A program made the position numbers and the translations under genes. From a virus: a stretch of 64,000 bases of DNA. Positions 52,601 to 62,369 of the stretch are shown here, one piece after another. The stretch covers positions 32,001-96,000 of the IMG/VR virus record IMGVR_UViG_3300042445_001170; one strand, written 5' to 3'. The notes beneath the pieces were generated by a model. That model ran no database searches, was not told where the DNA came from, and saw only the letters and a list, made by a program, of their open reading frames with translations. The first letter of the stretch is position 1. Each line of letters begins with the position of its first letter.

Positions 52601-55600
52601 AAGTTCAGGTCCTTTTTCTCCAACAATATAGGCCTGTCCTCCATTAACTGGGCCGCCCTTTTCTCTTCCCTCTAGACCAAATATGATCTTCTTTAAAGAT
52701 TCTGTAAGCGGGGTATCTTTTTTAGATTCCCAGTTTAAATACTTTTGTCTTAAAATATCTTTATCTATTGGCGATAGTTGTTTTAATACAGACCTATCTC
52801 CAATCAAATCTGATGCGGCTGATCTTACTACTGCGTCTAAAACGTCTGGTTCCAGTGCATTCTTTAAAGATCCTTTTGCATCCTTGACATATCCATAAGG
52901 CTTTTCTTTAGCAAGAGCTGCTGCAAATTTATCATAGAATAATTTTTGAGTATGCTTTCTTAATCCAGTATTTGCAAATAAGGTGTTAGCCATTTCAATA
53001 GATAATGAGTTTACGCCCCATGGCGCTGACTCATACATGCTTGGCTTTGGTGCACCTGTTGGTCCAAAGCCTGCACCGATTCTATGCATTGCTTTGCCTT
53101 TTAATACATTACCAATCATTCCGCCAATAGCAAATCCATTTGCTGAGGATTTAAATCCAGCATCCGATAGGCTAACAATATGTCCAGACTGTCTTCTCTT
53201 TAGTTCTTCTGCTGCTGCAATCTTAGCAAGTGCCGCTGGTGTAAGGTTAGTTTCTTTTGAAGGAACTACTGCAGAGTGTACTCCGTGAAGTTCTCTCCAC
53301 TTTACATCTCTTGCATCTTCAAGTCTTTTAATCATTTTTGCATAGACAACTTTTTCTTGCTGATTTAGATCAAAGCTTCCAATAGTTTTTTTCAGTCTTG
53401 GCAAAGTTGCTTCAATTTCTTCAAGCATTCTTGAATTATAAGCGTCTGGGGTCATACCCTTTGGAATGTCCATTGTAGACTCAGCAAAAAACTTCTTTGC
53501 TCCGCTTCCCTTAATTCCAAGCAAATTAACCATTGCCTGATCTCCAACTGAAGGCATGAATCCAGCATAATCTCTTAAGCCAGATGCTGTTGAGAATACT
53601 CCAGCAGTTCCTACATCTGATAATACATTTCCAGATAAGTTTCCTCTGCCTAAATCTTTATCTCCACGAAGAGATGACGCAAGAAGCTGTCTAAAATACT
53701 CATCTGTAGTAAATTTACCATCTTGCACAGTAAGGGCTTTATCGAATGGTGATTCGAGAACTAGTAGCTTTCTCAATCCCTTTGGATCGGTTGGATCACG
53801 CATTACATTAAGAGTTTGTTTTGGAGCCTTTAGTCCATGTGCTTCACGAGCAATTTGTGTTGCTCTCATTTCAGCAAGTGCTGCCTTTTCATCAAGCATT
53901 GGTTTAACAAAAACCTTTTCGCCGTTTCTTGTATATACGCCACCAATACCAGGAACTGGGAAGCTTCTTCCAGATGTTGGCTCTAGCAAATCTCCATATT
54001 CTGTTACTGGATGCTTTGCAAATCTAGAATCTTTAACTGCAATGTCTGCCTTTTCCATTGCTGCTTTCATTGCTCTTTGTTGTTCTACCTGCTTAATTGT
54101 TTTAGGCATACCAAGGAACATTGCTTTTCCTCCGCCAAATAATCTTTGTGCAAACTGTCCTGGAATTTCTCCGCCTGAATTTGCTGCAATTTCCTTTGTT
54201 AGCGGAAGAGCTCTGCCTCTTGTAAGGAGAAGTCTCATCATCTGAGTAATCATGTGACCTCTTTGAATTACAGGCATTCTCTTAATAAGGTTTTGTGCAT
54301 TTCCATACTTAAGCTCTTTTGCTAATAGATCTGCAGTTTCTCTTGCAGCGTTACCAGTCAATGGGACTCTGTCTACAAATTTACCCTGCGTCATAGAAGC
54401 CAGCCAGTTTGTAAAGTTATTAACCTTACTGCTTCCAGCCATAGCTAAGTATGCGTTTCCTCTTGTTCTGTTACTCTTTATGTTTCCATTCTCTTCAGTA
54501 AAGAAATTTCTATCTTGATCTAGGTGCTCTGATGCGTAGTCAAGCTTTCCATTTGCTGTAAATGTATTCATCACTCTCTGTAGAGAAACTTGGTCTATAT
54601 CTGCTCTAGCCATCAGCGCAGCAACTAGGCTTCTAGTTGGTTGAATTCTTGCATTAGCAGATGGTCTTCCTCCAGGCTTTAGCTCTTCGGCTTTGTCCTG
54701 CCATAATAGGTCTTTGTATTTTGCTTTTGAAGTTGACCCATCTTTATTTACTACTGTTCGCCCCATGCCTTGCATGTCAATATACTCTTGCATACGTCTG
54801 GACTGTTGTATTCTAAATCTATTAAAAGCTTTTCTATCTACCTGACCAGTTTTTGGATCTTTAGTTCTTTGCATAGCTTCTTCAAAATCTCTTTTTGCCA
54901 TAGAGACTGCTTCGTCTTCACTAAATCCTAAATGATTTAATACTGCTGCATCGTGTAATATGACTCTATTTTTTAAAGATGCGTCATAGCTAGGATCTGA
55001 ATTTCTTGTTAGCCAGCCCTTTAATCCAGTAAATAAGTTTTCTGAAAGCCCTCCTCCAAGATTTCTTCCAAGGCCAGATGTATTTCCAGGCCCACCATTT
55101 AATGCATGCATTAGTGGCATATTGTCCTGTGCAATATCTGCTGGAATGACTGCTTCGCCAGGTGTTAGAACTACTGGTACTTGCCCTCCATCTGCAAATG
55201 CTGGGGTTCCGCCAAGAAGATTGCTTATGATTGGCATATTTTCTTGTGTTGATTTTTTATTAATTACAAATGATCCAGCCTCAGCTGTTGTATGGTATGT
55301 ATCGCTATTTCCTGTTCCAGGGACTATTCCGCCATCTGCAAACTTAGGTTTTGTTGTTTGAATATTATATCCTGCGCCCGATGTTCTAACTCCACCAAGT
55401 GCTCTTGCAATCTTGTCAACAATATCTTTTGTTGTTCCTTTATGGAACATTTCCTTCATGTTTGATTTTCCAGTTAAAGGATCTACAACTGGTTGTGACG
55501 TCAATGGGACTGTAGTTAGATTTGCAACTCTTCCCATACCAGCTGCAGTTGCTGCTGCAGTTTCGGCAAGCATTGCCTCTACTGTCGCATTCATCTGCAT

Positions 55601-58045
55601 AACTTTTGCTCTCGCTTGATCTACAGTTATCTTGCTAGCCTGCAGCTGTGCAACTATTGCTTCTGTTTCGGCAGCAGCTAATTGTGTTATTTCAGAAAAT
55701 TGTGGTAGTAATGCTTGATAAGAATCTGCTAGGCTTGATGTAACTGTGCCAGTTGCCATTACTTCTGCCTTTAATATCTTTATTTCTGCTTCGGACTGCA
55801 TCGCTATTGCTGCTGTCATTGCATGCCATTTTGCTGCCTCTTGTGCAACGATACCAGTTGAAGTTCCGTTAACAGATGTAACTCCTGGAATCTTTGGCAT
55901 ATCTTGATTCATGTATGCTTGTGGATTTTTTCCAATTCTTACATTTACTGGACCAGCTCCAGGAACTGTTCCAAATATTGTTCCCATCTGCTGGCTCTGT
56001 GCTGGTATAAGGTGGGACATATCTCTTGAATATGGTGCTCCAATTAATGGATTATCTTTATCTACAATTCGTTGTCCTGCTCCGCCTGCAGCAATTACTC
56101 CACCTGCAATTGTTGATATAGCTGGCTGAACTGCAACTTTTGCTGCATTCGCTTTTAGCTCAAGGTTATTAAAAGACTGTGTTAATGTATTTACTGCATT
56201 TGATAAAACAATTGTTGCTTCTGAGTCTGAATAGAACGAAGTTGCTAATCCTTTTGCTGCTGCTTCTGCAGCCATGATTTCTGGGGTAAGTAGCTTGAAT
56301 CCTTGGCCACCTTTAGCAAGTTGTCTTAAATGGAATATACCCTTTACAACATATCCAATAAAGTTGCCCATCACACCAGCCATCATAATAAGAGGACCAG
56401 CAATTGCTGTTAGGCCTCCTAATGCATTCAAGAATGTTTTAACTGGGCCTGGAAGGTGCTGGAAGAACTTGATGATTGAATCTACAACTTTTAATACTTG
56501 TGTGCTTATTCTTAAGAACTGCTCACCTGTTTGTGCTAAATCTGCCTGTACTGATGCCCATGCTCTTTTAAATTGTCCAGATGCTGACTCTGTCATCATC
56601 TTTAATTCTCGCTCAGATATCTGTGCAAGATCTACTGCGCTTGCCTTCATTAAGTCCATGACTTGAAGTGTCTGCGATCCTTGCTTTCCTAGGTTTTCAA
56701 ATAGTGCAGACATTCTTGCAAACTGGAACTTACCAAATAGCTGCTCAATTGCTCTTGACTTATCTAATGGGTTTAGTTTGTCTAGCGCTGCCTGCAACGC
56801 CATAATAGTTCCTGTTAAGTCACCAGCGTTACTATTTACAATACCCTTTAAATCGATTCCAAATCCTGCAAACTGCTCGGTTGCAACTTTAGTTGGGTTA
56901 ATAAGAGAAGCCATTGCTGACTTAATTGCGTTAGCGCCTTCAGCAGCATTTACTCCACCTTCTTTCATGGCAGTAAGGTAAAGTGCTAAATCTTTTACAT
57001 CTCCGCCAAGCGATTTAATTACTGGTCCTGCTTTAGGGATTGCTTCAGTTAAATCTGCAAGGCTTGTTGATGTCTGGTTTTCAACTGCGTTGAGGAAGTC
57101 GATTGACTGTGTAAGCTCTTCTGTATTTTGCTTAAATGCATTTTGAATAGCAAGCGTTGCTTTCATAGCATCTTGTCTATCTACTTCACCAAGAACTGCA
57201 AGTCTTGTTGTTTGCTGGGTAGCTTGAATTAAATCATTTCCCTGCTGACCAGTTGCTGCAAGGTCAGCTGCTAATGCAATTGTTTCTTTGTATGCAACTC
57301 CGTATGAGCTAGCAATCTCTTTTGCTGTAGCCTTTACGTCTTTTCTAACCTGAGCTAAGTCTGCTGAAGATGTCGCTGCAAGACCGCCATAAACTTTTGT
57401 AAGTCTTACTAGCTCTGCATCTGCTTCTCTAAATGCTTTTTGTGCAGCCATTCCAAATGCTGCAAGAGGTACAGTTAAACCAACAGTTAACTGACGACCA
57501 GCCCACTGTGTATTCTTACCCCAGTTAATAAGCTGATTAGATCCATCAAGCATAACCTTGTTCATGATTGCTGCTTCTTGGCGAGCAAGTGCCATCTTGT
57601 TCTTTACTTCATCTAAGCCTTTTGCAACCATTACGTTGTACTGCATTAGGCCTTGTGCATTTTTACCAACTGGCTGAACTATTGCTTGCTGAAGCATTAC
57701 TTGCTGCTTTGCAAGATCTCTAATTAAGTTGCTAGTTTTCTTTGTGTGGCCGTTCCAAGCATTATAGTAATCGTTGAGCTTTAAACGGCCTCTATCTAAG
57801 TTCTTGCCGAACTTGTCTACGTCTGAAGATAGTGATACAAAGTGTGAAGAGAACTGGCCAGTTGAACGCATCGTTTCTGCAAACGACTTGTTCATCACTG
57901 CAATTTGATTTGCAAGCTTGGCGTTAGTTCCCGCTGTTGTTTCTTGTAATTTTACGAGTTGGGCAGTAACCGCAGCTAGTTGAGTTCTTAAACTCGTGAA
58001 GTCTGCGTGGGCGGTAATATTGGTCGTGATTAAATTATCTGCCAT
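49685..58045 (-). CDS. tape measure protein (2786 aa) with internal cargo domains
   Basis: TP901-type core in N-terminal third; position after tail chaperones; internal kinase-like domain. Confidence 0.92.
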   Translation of the reverse strand: MADNLITTNITAHADFTSLRTQLAAVTAQLVKLQETTAGTNAKLANQIAVMNKSFAETMRSTGQFSSHFVSLSSDVDKFGKNLDRGRLKLNDYYNAWNGHTKKTSNLIRDLAKQQVMLQQAIVQPVGKNAQGLMQYNVMVAKGLDEVKNKMALARQEAAIMNKVMLDGSNQLINWGKNTQWAGRQLTVGLTVPLAAFGMAAQKAFREADAELVRLTKVYGGLAATSSADLAQVRKDVKATAKEIASSYGVAYKETIALAADLAATGQQGNDLIQATQQTTRLAVLGEVDRQDAMKATLAIQNAFKQNTEELTQSIDFLNAVENQTSTSLADLTEAIPKAGPVIKSLGGDVKDLALYLTAMKEGGVNAAEGANAIKSAMASLINPTKVATEQFAGFGIDLKGIVNSNAGDLTGTIMALQAALDKLNPLDKSRAIEQLFGKFQFARMSALFENLGKQGSQTLQVMDLMKASAVDLAQISERELKMMTESASGQFKRAWASVQADLAQTGEQFLRISTQVLKVVDSIIKFFQHLPGPVKTFLNALGGLTAIAGPLIMMAGVMGNFIGYVVKGIFHLRQLAKGGQGFKLLTPEIMAAEAAAKGLATSFYSDSEATIVLSNAVNTLTQSFNNLELKANAAKVAVQPAISTIAGGVIAAGGAGQRIVDKDNPLIGAPYSRDMSHLIPAQSQQMGTIFGTVPGAGPVNVRIGKNPQAYMNQDMPKIPGVTSVNGTSTGIVAQEAAKWHAMTAAIAMQSEAEIKILKAEVMATGTVTSSLADSYQALLPQFSEITQLAAAETEAIVAQLQASKITVDQARAKVMQMNATVEAMLAETAAATAAGMGRVANLTTVPLTSQPVVDPLTGKSNMKEMFHKGTTKDIVDKIARALGGVRTSGAGYNIQTTKPKFADGGIVPGTGNSDTYHTTAEAGSFVINKKSTQENMPIISNLLGGTPAFADGGQVPVVLTPGEAVIPADIAQDNMPLMHALNGGPGNTSGLGRNLGGGLSENLFTGLKGWLTRNSDPSYDASLKNRVILHDAAVLNHLGFSEDEAVSMAKRDFEEAMQRTKDPKTGQVDRKAFNRFRIQQSRRMQEYIDMQGMGRTVVNKDGSTSKAKYKDLLWQDKAEELKPGGRPSANARIQPTRSLVAALMARADIDQVSLQRVMNTFTANGKLDYASEHLDQDRNFFTEENGNIKSNRTRGNAYLAMAGSSKVNNFTNWLASMTQGKFVDRVPLTGNAARETADLLAKELKYGNAQNLIKRMPVIQRGHMITQMMRLLLTRGRALPLTKEIAANSGGEIPGQFAQRLFGGGKAMFLGMPKTIKQVEQQRAMKAAMEKADIAVKDSRFAKHPVTEYGDLLEPTSGRSFPVPGIGGVYTRNGEKVFVKPMLDEKAALAEMRATQIAREAHGLKAPKQTLNVMRDPTDPKGLRKLLVLESPFDKALTVQDGKFTTDEYFRQLLASSLRGDKDLGRGNLSGNVLSDVGTAGVFSTASGLRDYAGFMPSVGDQAMVNLLGIKGSGAKKFFAESTMDIPKGMTPDAYNSRMLEEIEATLPRLKKTIGSFDLNQQEKVVYAKMIKRLEDARDVKWRELHGVHSAVVPSKETNLTPAALAKIAAAEELKRRQSGHIVSLSDAGFKSSANGFAIGGMIGNVLKGKAMHRIGAGFGPTGAPKPSMYESAPWGVNSLSIEMANTLFANTGLRKHTQKLFYDKFAAALAKEKPYGYVKDAKGSLKNALEPDVLDAVVRSAASDLIGDRSVLKQLSPIDKDILRQKYLNWESKKDTPLTESLKKIIFGLEGREKGGPVNGGQAYIVGEKGPELFVPRVSGGIVPNNKYGIGGQIAGGMAVAAGAQFIASKVANPIISMIIQQVGFMLPMMMQSAAMMGGGGKGKLMSKVPASMTTPVGVISGKTGGLTKYGTAITEMATSGKKFQAVIGKLGLAMTRFNLIAFGAVTAVTLGIKLWKNHQESMRLNALGYGMTAEAAKKAGLRFTDFNKKLKETVADAQAVKERNQMMYESMTTSGTPLKLTIEQYKKLKKEVNSVYKDQIALINKTSYDDQADLAIRLKEQLMAMGMSAEDATAKIYAMYKASNQSNNTSAFTTSSKAFMNIKTSVDAAREALNTYSDAVRKDLDPTEQANALNTAAMGIDTAIADKESDAMKARKKDKSKPSFISTAESDKIKWDAEKQALDQISSKLEGQKRLSKETLDEMEKQNPALRKIASEQDTALTLWKKTRIEARGFIGDLSGLSAAQTNALYALQSAVAKGVETTNRGGILKAQYVALDKLKGLQEKYQKALKGQSVAQQISDRDRLAAINKQIDANNKLADARKKALQDKKNEQDSGRAIEAKKLELQNAEATGNTAGAQQARLDLEGLVATQQYDAQIKAIDAATEKANAPLKKAAEAMAKKQQDLGDAAAYAGEKLGDVTKEIETNEGKIEALNKAMTTYRLAIEIHKDDLKKWKTTDEAKGMLAAITQAATDAKVDMSGLPKDKDGNVGIAAGQALFDSVSSGLEASLKEQGIVVNGDVIINGKKIDLGNAGSKTATLADPGKIAGKKTGTGATGDPIQYFTQSGKKVTKKEYESMPVGSPSQTQSYIIPDSKLSGKEFASRDAAMRAFYKAHKSSWLQGDTTYTSNGMVMQDGKIIGSWLAAMGDQSGRVKSYKDGGLLSGPGTGTSDSIYMPMMPKGKYASGAYVSNGEFVVNAQAVRQPGILPLLERINNMQYSVPQSNFQAAAFNVGSGSTINLTQNIYPSDGMNTESFVRQVVTMTKQAIGQDAKLNAKMVGTKRT

Positions 58046-58054
58046 ATACTTATA

Positions 58055-58719
58055 TTACTCTATTCGGTATCCTAATCCTGCTCCGACGCCAAAACCAGCT
58101 TCGCTGGCAAAAGATCCTTGTAATGAAACAACATCATCTGCTGCTGCATTTATACCAAGCGCTCTTCTTCTAACATCTTCGAAGGAGGAACCCTCCTCAT
58201 TTTCATTACTGCTTTCATTTAAATCTACTCCCTGAATTGAAGCTAAGAATCTTCTTTTCTCCGATTCAGTCTTTTGCATTGATTTAAAAGTCTGGATTAA
58301 CTCTGGCATTGAAAGATTATCTTCTAATTGTTCGTAATTTATCCAATTACCAAGAAGAAAAACTTCCCCTTCTAAAGCGGCTAGATCTAGTTCTGACCAG
58401 CCAGTACTGCTGCCGCTAGTAGGTTTGGGTCGTCCATCTTAATTCCTCCGCAAACTTCTAGAATGCGATTGATAGTTGGAACGTCAAGTGTGTCTTCAAA
58501 TGCGTCTTTATCTGCTACTAGGTCTGGGAGTTGCTTTTGTAGTGCCACTCCGCATGCCTCAATAAGAATTGTCAATGTCTCATCTTCTGATGTTACTTCT
58601 TGTGTTCTCTGAATGACTTTCATAAACTCACGAAGCTCTTTAATTGTTAAAGGCTTGAGTTTAACTGTTGCGCCATTTTGTAGTTGAATTTCTTCAACAT
58701 CATATACTGTAGTTGCCAA
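58055..58719 (-). CDS. tail assembly chaperone G (58387-58719) and -1 frameshift product GT (to 58055)
   Basis: Slippery C CCA AAC at 58429-58423; -1 frame open (PTSGSSTGWSELDL...) into 58055..58309. Confidence 0.82.
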
Positions 58720-58780
58720 TTTAATCCTCCTAGGATTTCGTCTTAATTATTGTATCATATCGGAAATATCATAGCAATAG

Positions 58781-58806
58781 AAAACCCCCTAATTTCTTAG
58801 GGGGCA
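58781..58806 (-). terminator. terminator after major tail gene
   Basis: GCCCCCTAAG-AAA-TTAGGGGGTTTT. Confidence 0.75.
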
Positions 58807-58828
58807 ATCTATTAATTAATTATATTAA

Positions 58829-59542
58829 TTAGGCTGTCTTGTTAAGAACACGGTCTACGATGAAACCATATTCCTGACCTGACTTTGAGCCGTCTGGAAG
58901 CAAACGGAATGTAACTGGGAATGTTGATGCTGCGTTACGAGCCAAAGAGAACTGTGACTGTTGTACAGAAAGAACACGACGTGCATAGTATACACGCTCT
59001 GCCTTTGATACACCTGCTCCAGAAGTTGGAGCCTGACCTACTGCAACAAGCTGACGCTCTGTTGGAGCCTCGCCGAGAGCACCACCAGCAAGACCAAGCT
59101 TGTCTACTGTTGCTCCTTCTGTGAGTGTGCTTGAGCTCTGGCCGAATACTGTAAGAACATTCTCTAGAGTACCTTCTGCCATTTCTGTAGCGATCATAAC
59201 TTCCATTGACTCCTTGAAAAGCTTTGCTGTATCAAGAAGCTGATCTACTGTAACTGAACCGTATGAAGGGTTGTATGTTACCTGAAGACCATTGTTTGTG
59301 TAACCAACGTTTCTGTAATAGAATGCTGGTGTAGTTGTGCTAGTTACCTCATTCAAGGTATCTGTGTAAGACTTTCCGTCTGCTGATGCTGTTGGTGCTG
59401 AAAATGCTGGTGCTGTTGAACCAACTTCTCCAGGTGCAAAATTCTCGACGTATCCTGATGTTGTAACGTCTAAGTTTGTGATAAATAGTGGTGAAGCACC
59501 AACTAGAATATTCTTAGCATTACCTGCAATTTGATTTGCCAT
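58829..59542 (-). CDS. major tail protein
   Basis: VGYT..G, VDQ, E.TLEN; strong AGGAGG SD. Confidence 0.85.
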   Translation of the reverse strand: MANQIAGNAKNILVGASPLFITNLDVTTSGYVENFAPGEVGSTAPAFSAPTASADGKSYTDTLNEVTSTTTPAFYYRNVGYTNNGLQVTYNPSYGSVTVDQLLDTAKLFKESMEVMIATEMAEGTLENVLTVFGQSSSTLTEGATVDKLGLAGGALGEAPTERQLVAVGQAPTSGAGVSKAERVYYARRVLSVQQSQFSLARNAASTFPVTFRLLPDGSKSGQEYGFIVDRVLNKTA

Positions 59543-59665
59543 TTGTAAAACCTCCTGTTAAATAAACATATATATATATTGACTTACATTTTAAATCTAA
59601 TCAAAGCTGGCTAGGCTCTCTTTTTCCTCTTAGCTAATTTTACTGGATAACTAGACTAAAAGCAA

Positions 59666-60175
59666 CTAGTTGAATCTGCCCTTGGAATCGGTGGTCCTTG
59701 AATACTTGACCTCTAGGATGACATCTGTGGATATAAAACCCTGAAGTTCTGCTGAAGGCTCTATGGGTGATGTCTCGACCACATGAATGCTGTGGAATAT
59801 TAATTTATCTGTATCTCTGGCATTATTGGCATCCCTGGCTGACTCATCCATTCTGCGGAATAGGTCCATCATGAGGTTTCTTATTTCATATACCTCTGTG
59901 ATATCTGTAGAGTAAATTGTAAATAGGACCTTTTCGCAGGCTATTAGCCAGATGTCCTCAAATGACATTCCGATCTTATCGTACACAATATGTTTTTTGC
60001 CATTTAGGAATTGATCCATTTCTGGTGACTGCTGAACGGGGATAATAGGAATTATTTCTCTTCCTAGATTATCTGAATAGTAGTCATACGGATCAAATAT
60101 TCCAGCGTCTTTTAATTCTTTCCACAAAAATTTACGAAGCTCAAACATTGCGTCTATTTTATAGTCTACCGTCAT
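59666..60175 (-). CDS. tail terminator-like protein
   Basis: Synteny. Confidence 0.6.
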   Translation of the reverse strand: MTVDYKIDAMFELRKFLWKELKDAGIFDPYDYYSDNLGREIIPIIPVQQSPEMDQFLNGKKHIVYDKIGMSFEDIWLIACEKVLFTIYSTDITEVYEIRNLMMDLFRRMDESARDANNARDTDKLIFHSIHVVETSPIEPSAELQGFISTDVILEVKYSRTTDSKGRFN

Positions 60176-60960
60176 AGTGAGCCTCCAAATGCTGCCTGTA
60201 GTGATGCGTCCGCCTGTGTTCTTATTTTACCAGGACTGAAGCTATATTGCACCTTCTTTATACTAATTGGAATATTTAATGCTTTTGTCATTTTTGAGTT
60301 AAATATTCTTTGTAGTCCTGATGACTTTATGGATGAATTTACTAGCTGCCCGCCAAAAAATCTTCCGTAAGATAATGCGAATTGATTTGTTACCTGTGCT
60401 CCTCCTGGCCTCTTGACGGTCACTGACGTGCCTTTAGGCATAAACACTGTTTCACCATCTAGTTCAAATACTAGGCGCTCAGCGGACCTTGGGCGGATTA
60501 CTACGGGCATCCCAGTCTCCATCACAAGAGCTTTATTTGCAAATATGTATTTCTTCTTTTGTTTTTTATTTTTAGATGGGACTGAAGATTTAGATAATTT
60601 AAAATCATAATTGATTCTAAAAGAAAGTCCGTCAGTATCAAATCTAGATAGCCTAAATAGTCTCGATGTTGGAACGCCAACCTTGTTCCATTCATAAACG
60701 TGATGCAATGATCTTGGTCTTACCCTTGCCTGTGAATCAATATATTCGCCAAAATCTTTTTCTATTTGATTAAATATTGTTGTTTTAAATAAATTCTTAA
60801 ACTCAGCATTTGTTGTTAGCTTTGAAAGCACCGCTGCTTCATAATACAAGAATGCAGATACTTGTGCCACTGTACTATCCCTAAGAACTCCTGGGGCTGA
60901 ACCTGCCATTAATCTTTCAAGTCCGCTGGCAGTTTGAATTAAGGCTACGCTAGAATCCAA
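60172..60960 (-). CDS. neck/tail completion protein (TTG start 60960)
   Basis: Synteny; LHHVYEW motif. Confidence 0.6.
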   Translation of the reverse strand: MDSSVALIQTASGLERLMAGSAPGVLRDSTVAQVSAFLYYEAAVLSKLTTNAEFKNLFKTTIFNQIEKDFGEYIDSQARVRPRSLHHVYEWNKVGVPTSRLFRLSRFDTDGLSFRINYDFKLSKSSVPSKNKKQKKKYIFANKALVMETGMPVVIRPRSAERLVFELDGETVFMPKGTSVTVKRPGGAQVTNQFALSYGRFFGGQLVNSSIKSSGLQRIFNSKMTKALNIPISIKKVQYSFSPGKIRTQADASLQAAFGGSL

Positions 60961-61375
60961 TTTCCTGGTTCTCCGATCTCTTTGCAACAGAGTTGTATGC
61001 AAGAACATTACCAAATGGATCGGTAATCGGGGTAGAGCTTATTACCTCAAATACTGTTGGTGTATTGTTTGGATAATTTATTTCTTTCCATATTACATTG
61101 CCAGACATATCTCTAACATTAGTAATCTTTTCTCTATATGTTATCTGGTCTGGTGTTCTGATTTCAAGCATTTGTTCATTTATGTATCTATTGTTAAATA
61201 TCTGTTTATCTCCGCCTCGACCAGAACCAGAATTTGAAATTATTCCTTTTGCCGCACATGGCACGGACCTAGTAAATATCCATTCCTTTTTAATAGCCCC
61301 AGTATTCTCATCCTGAGTGTCTAATTGAAGATAGATGTCTAGCTTCATTGGCATTAATGAAGTTGCTAGGCTCAT
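60950..61375 (-). CDS. head-to-tail stopper
   Basis: Synteny; Q...TG..K.W. Confidence 0.65.
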   Translation of the reverse strand: MSLATSLMPMKLDIYLQLDTQDENTGAIKKEWIFTRSVPCAAKGIISNSGSGRGGDKQIFNNRYINEQMLEIRTPDQITYREKITNVRDMSGNVIWKEINYPNNTPTVFEVISSTPITDPFGNVLAYNSVAKRSENQEIGF

Positions 61376-62353
61376 TTAAATTATAACCATGCCGTTTGTG
61401 ACATATGGTGCAAGTAATTGATCTGCATATAGACTTCCAGTTCCTTTATGTGCACTATCCATAAATTCAAACTTCCAGTCAAATGTACTTATGTTTTTTA
61501 CGTATCTATCTTTCCAAGTACGATCTTTTTCAAAGTACTGCTGCATTAATGTCAGGCAAGCTTCAGACACATTATCTGGCACACGCTCCCAACCGTACCA
61601 TCCAGTAACAACATATTTATAATCTTTTTTAAAAGCTCCAAAGTAGGATCTATCATTAATGCTTGGAGGAACTAGCCCATTAGCTGTGTATACTAAATTG
61701 TCATACATATCTTGTTTATTTACTGCAAGACCATAATTTGATTCAGATATCTTTAAATCATAGGGCCAATTATTAATTTGTGACGGATAATCTTTTAGCA
61801 CAATGTCTTCTTCTTTAAGAACGGTAATCCCAATAATTCTTGTTTTTAATGGAAGTATGTCTGTTCCATTGCCATACTGCGTCTCTGTCATATATCTTTG
61901 TGAAAAGAATTGATTTGTATAAGCATCAATTAGTTTTCTTGCATATCGTTCTGCATTTTTTAATTCATTATATGACCTATAGTTTGGATCAGATACGTCT
62001 GTTCCAACATTTAGTCTATCAAGAGATTCAGAAATGCTGACGTATGGTCTAACAACATCTAGTATTTGCTTGTGTGTTGTTGGTGTTCCATTTACAGAAT
62101 AGCTCCATGTAATTTCTAATGTTGGCTCATTAAAATTAGATGCGGCTTGTGGAATTATAATTTCATAAGTTCCAAAATCTGAATCCAACTTTGTTGCAGT
62201 GTAGGAGGCTGACGGCAGGCTACCAAACGGTGCTCCGTCTGGGTTTGATCTTTTAACTAATGCAGTGACTGTTCCATCTGCATCGGTTATTTCACCTGCC
62301 CAGTAAATTTTAGTTATTACTCTTGAGGCTTGATCTTTATATATTTCTGCCAT
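61376..62353 (-). CDS. head-to-tail adaptor
   Basis: A...ID.YT, G.YGW..VP..V..A, TG...AD.LL..Y. Confidence 0.75.
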   Translation of the reverse strand: MAEIYKDQASRVITKIYWAGEITDADGTVTALVKRSNPDGAPFGSLPSASYTATKLDSDFGTYEIIIPQAASNFNEPTLEITWSYSVNGTPTTHKQILDVVRPYVSISESLDRLNVGTDVSDPNYRSYNELKNAERYARKLIDAYTNQFFSQRYMTETQYGNGTDILPLKTRIIGITVLKEEDIVLKDYPSQINNWPYDLKISESNYGLAVNKQDMYDNLVYTANGLVPPSINDRSYFGAFKKDYKYVVTGWYGWERVPDNVSEACLTLMQQYFEKDRTWKDRYVKNISTFDWKFEFMDSAHKGTGSLYADQLLAPYVTNGMVII

Positions 62354-62369
62354 TAACTTATGTTAACGT

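Noticed and set aside
59545-59640. Structured leader of the major tail gene
   Set aside because: Only weak AU-rich pairing and an AT dinucleotide run; not supportable without comparative data
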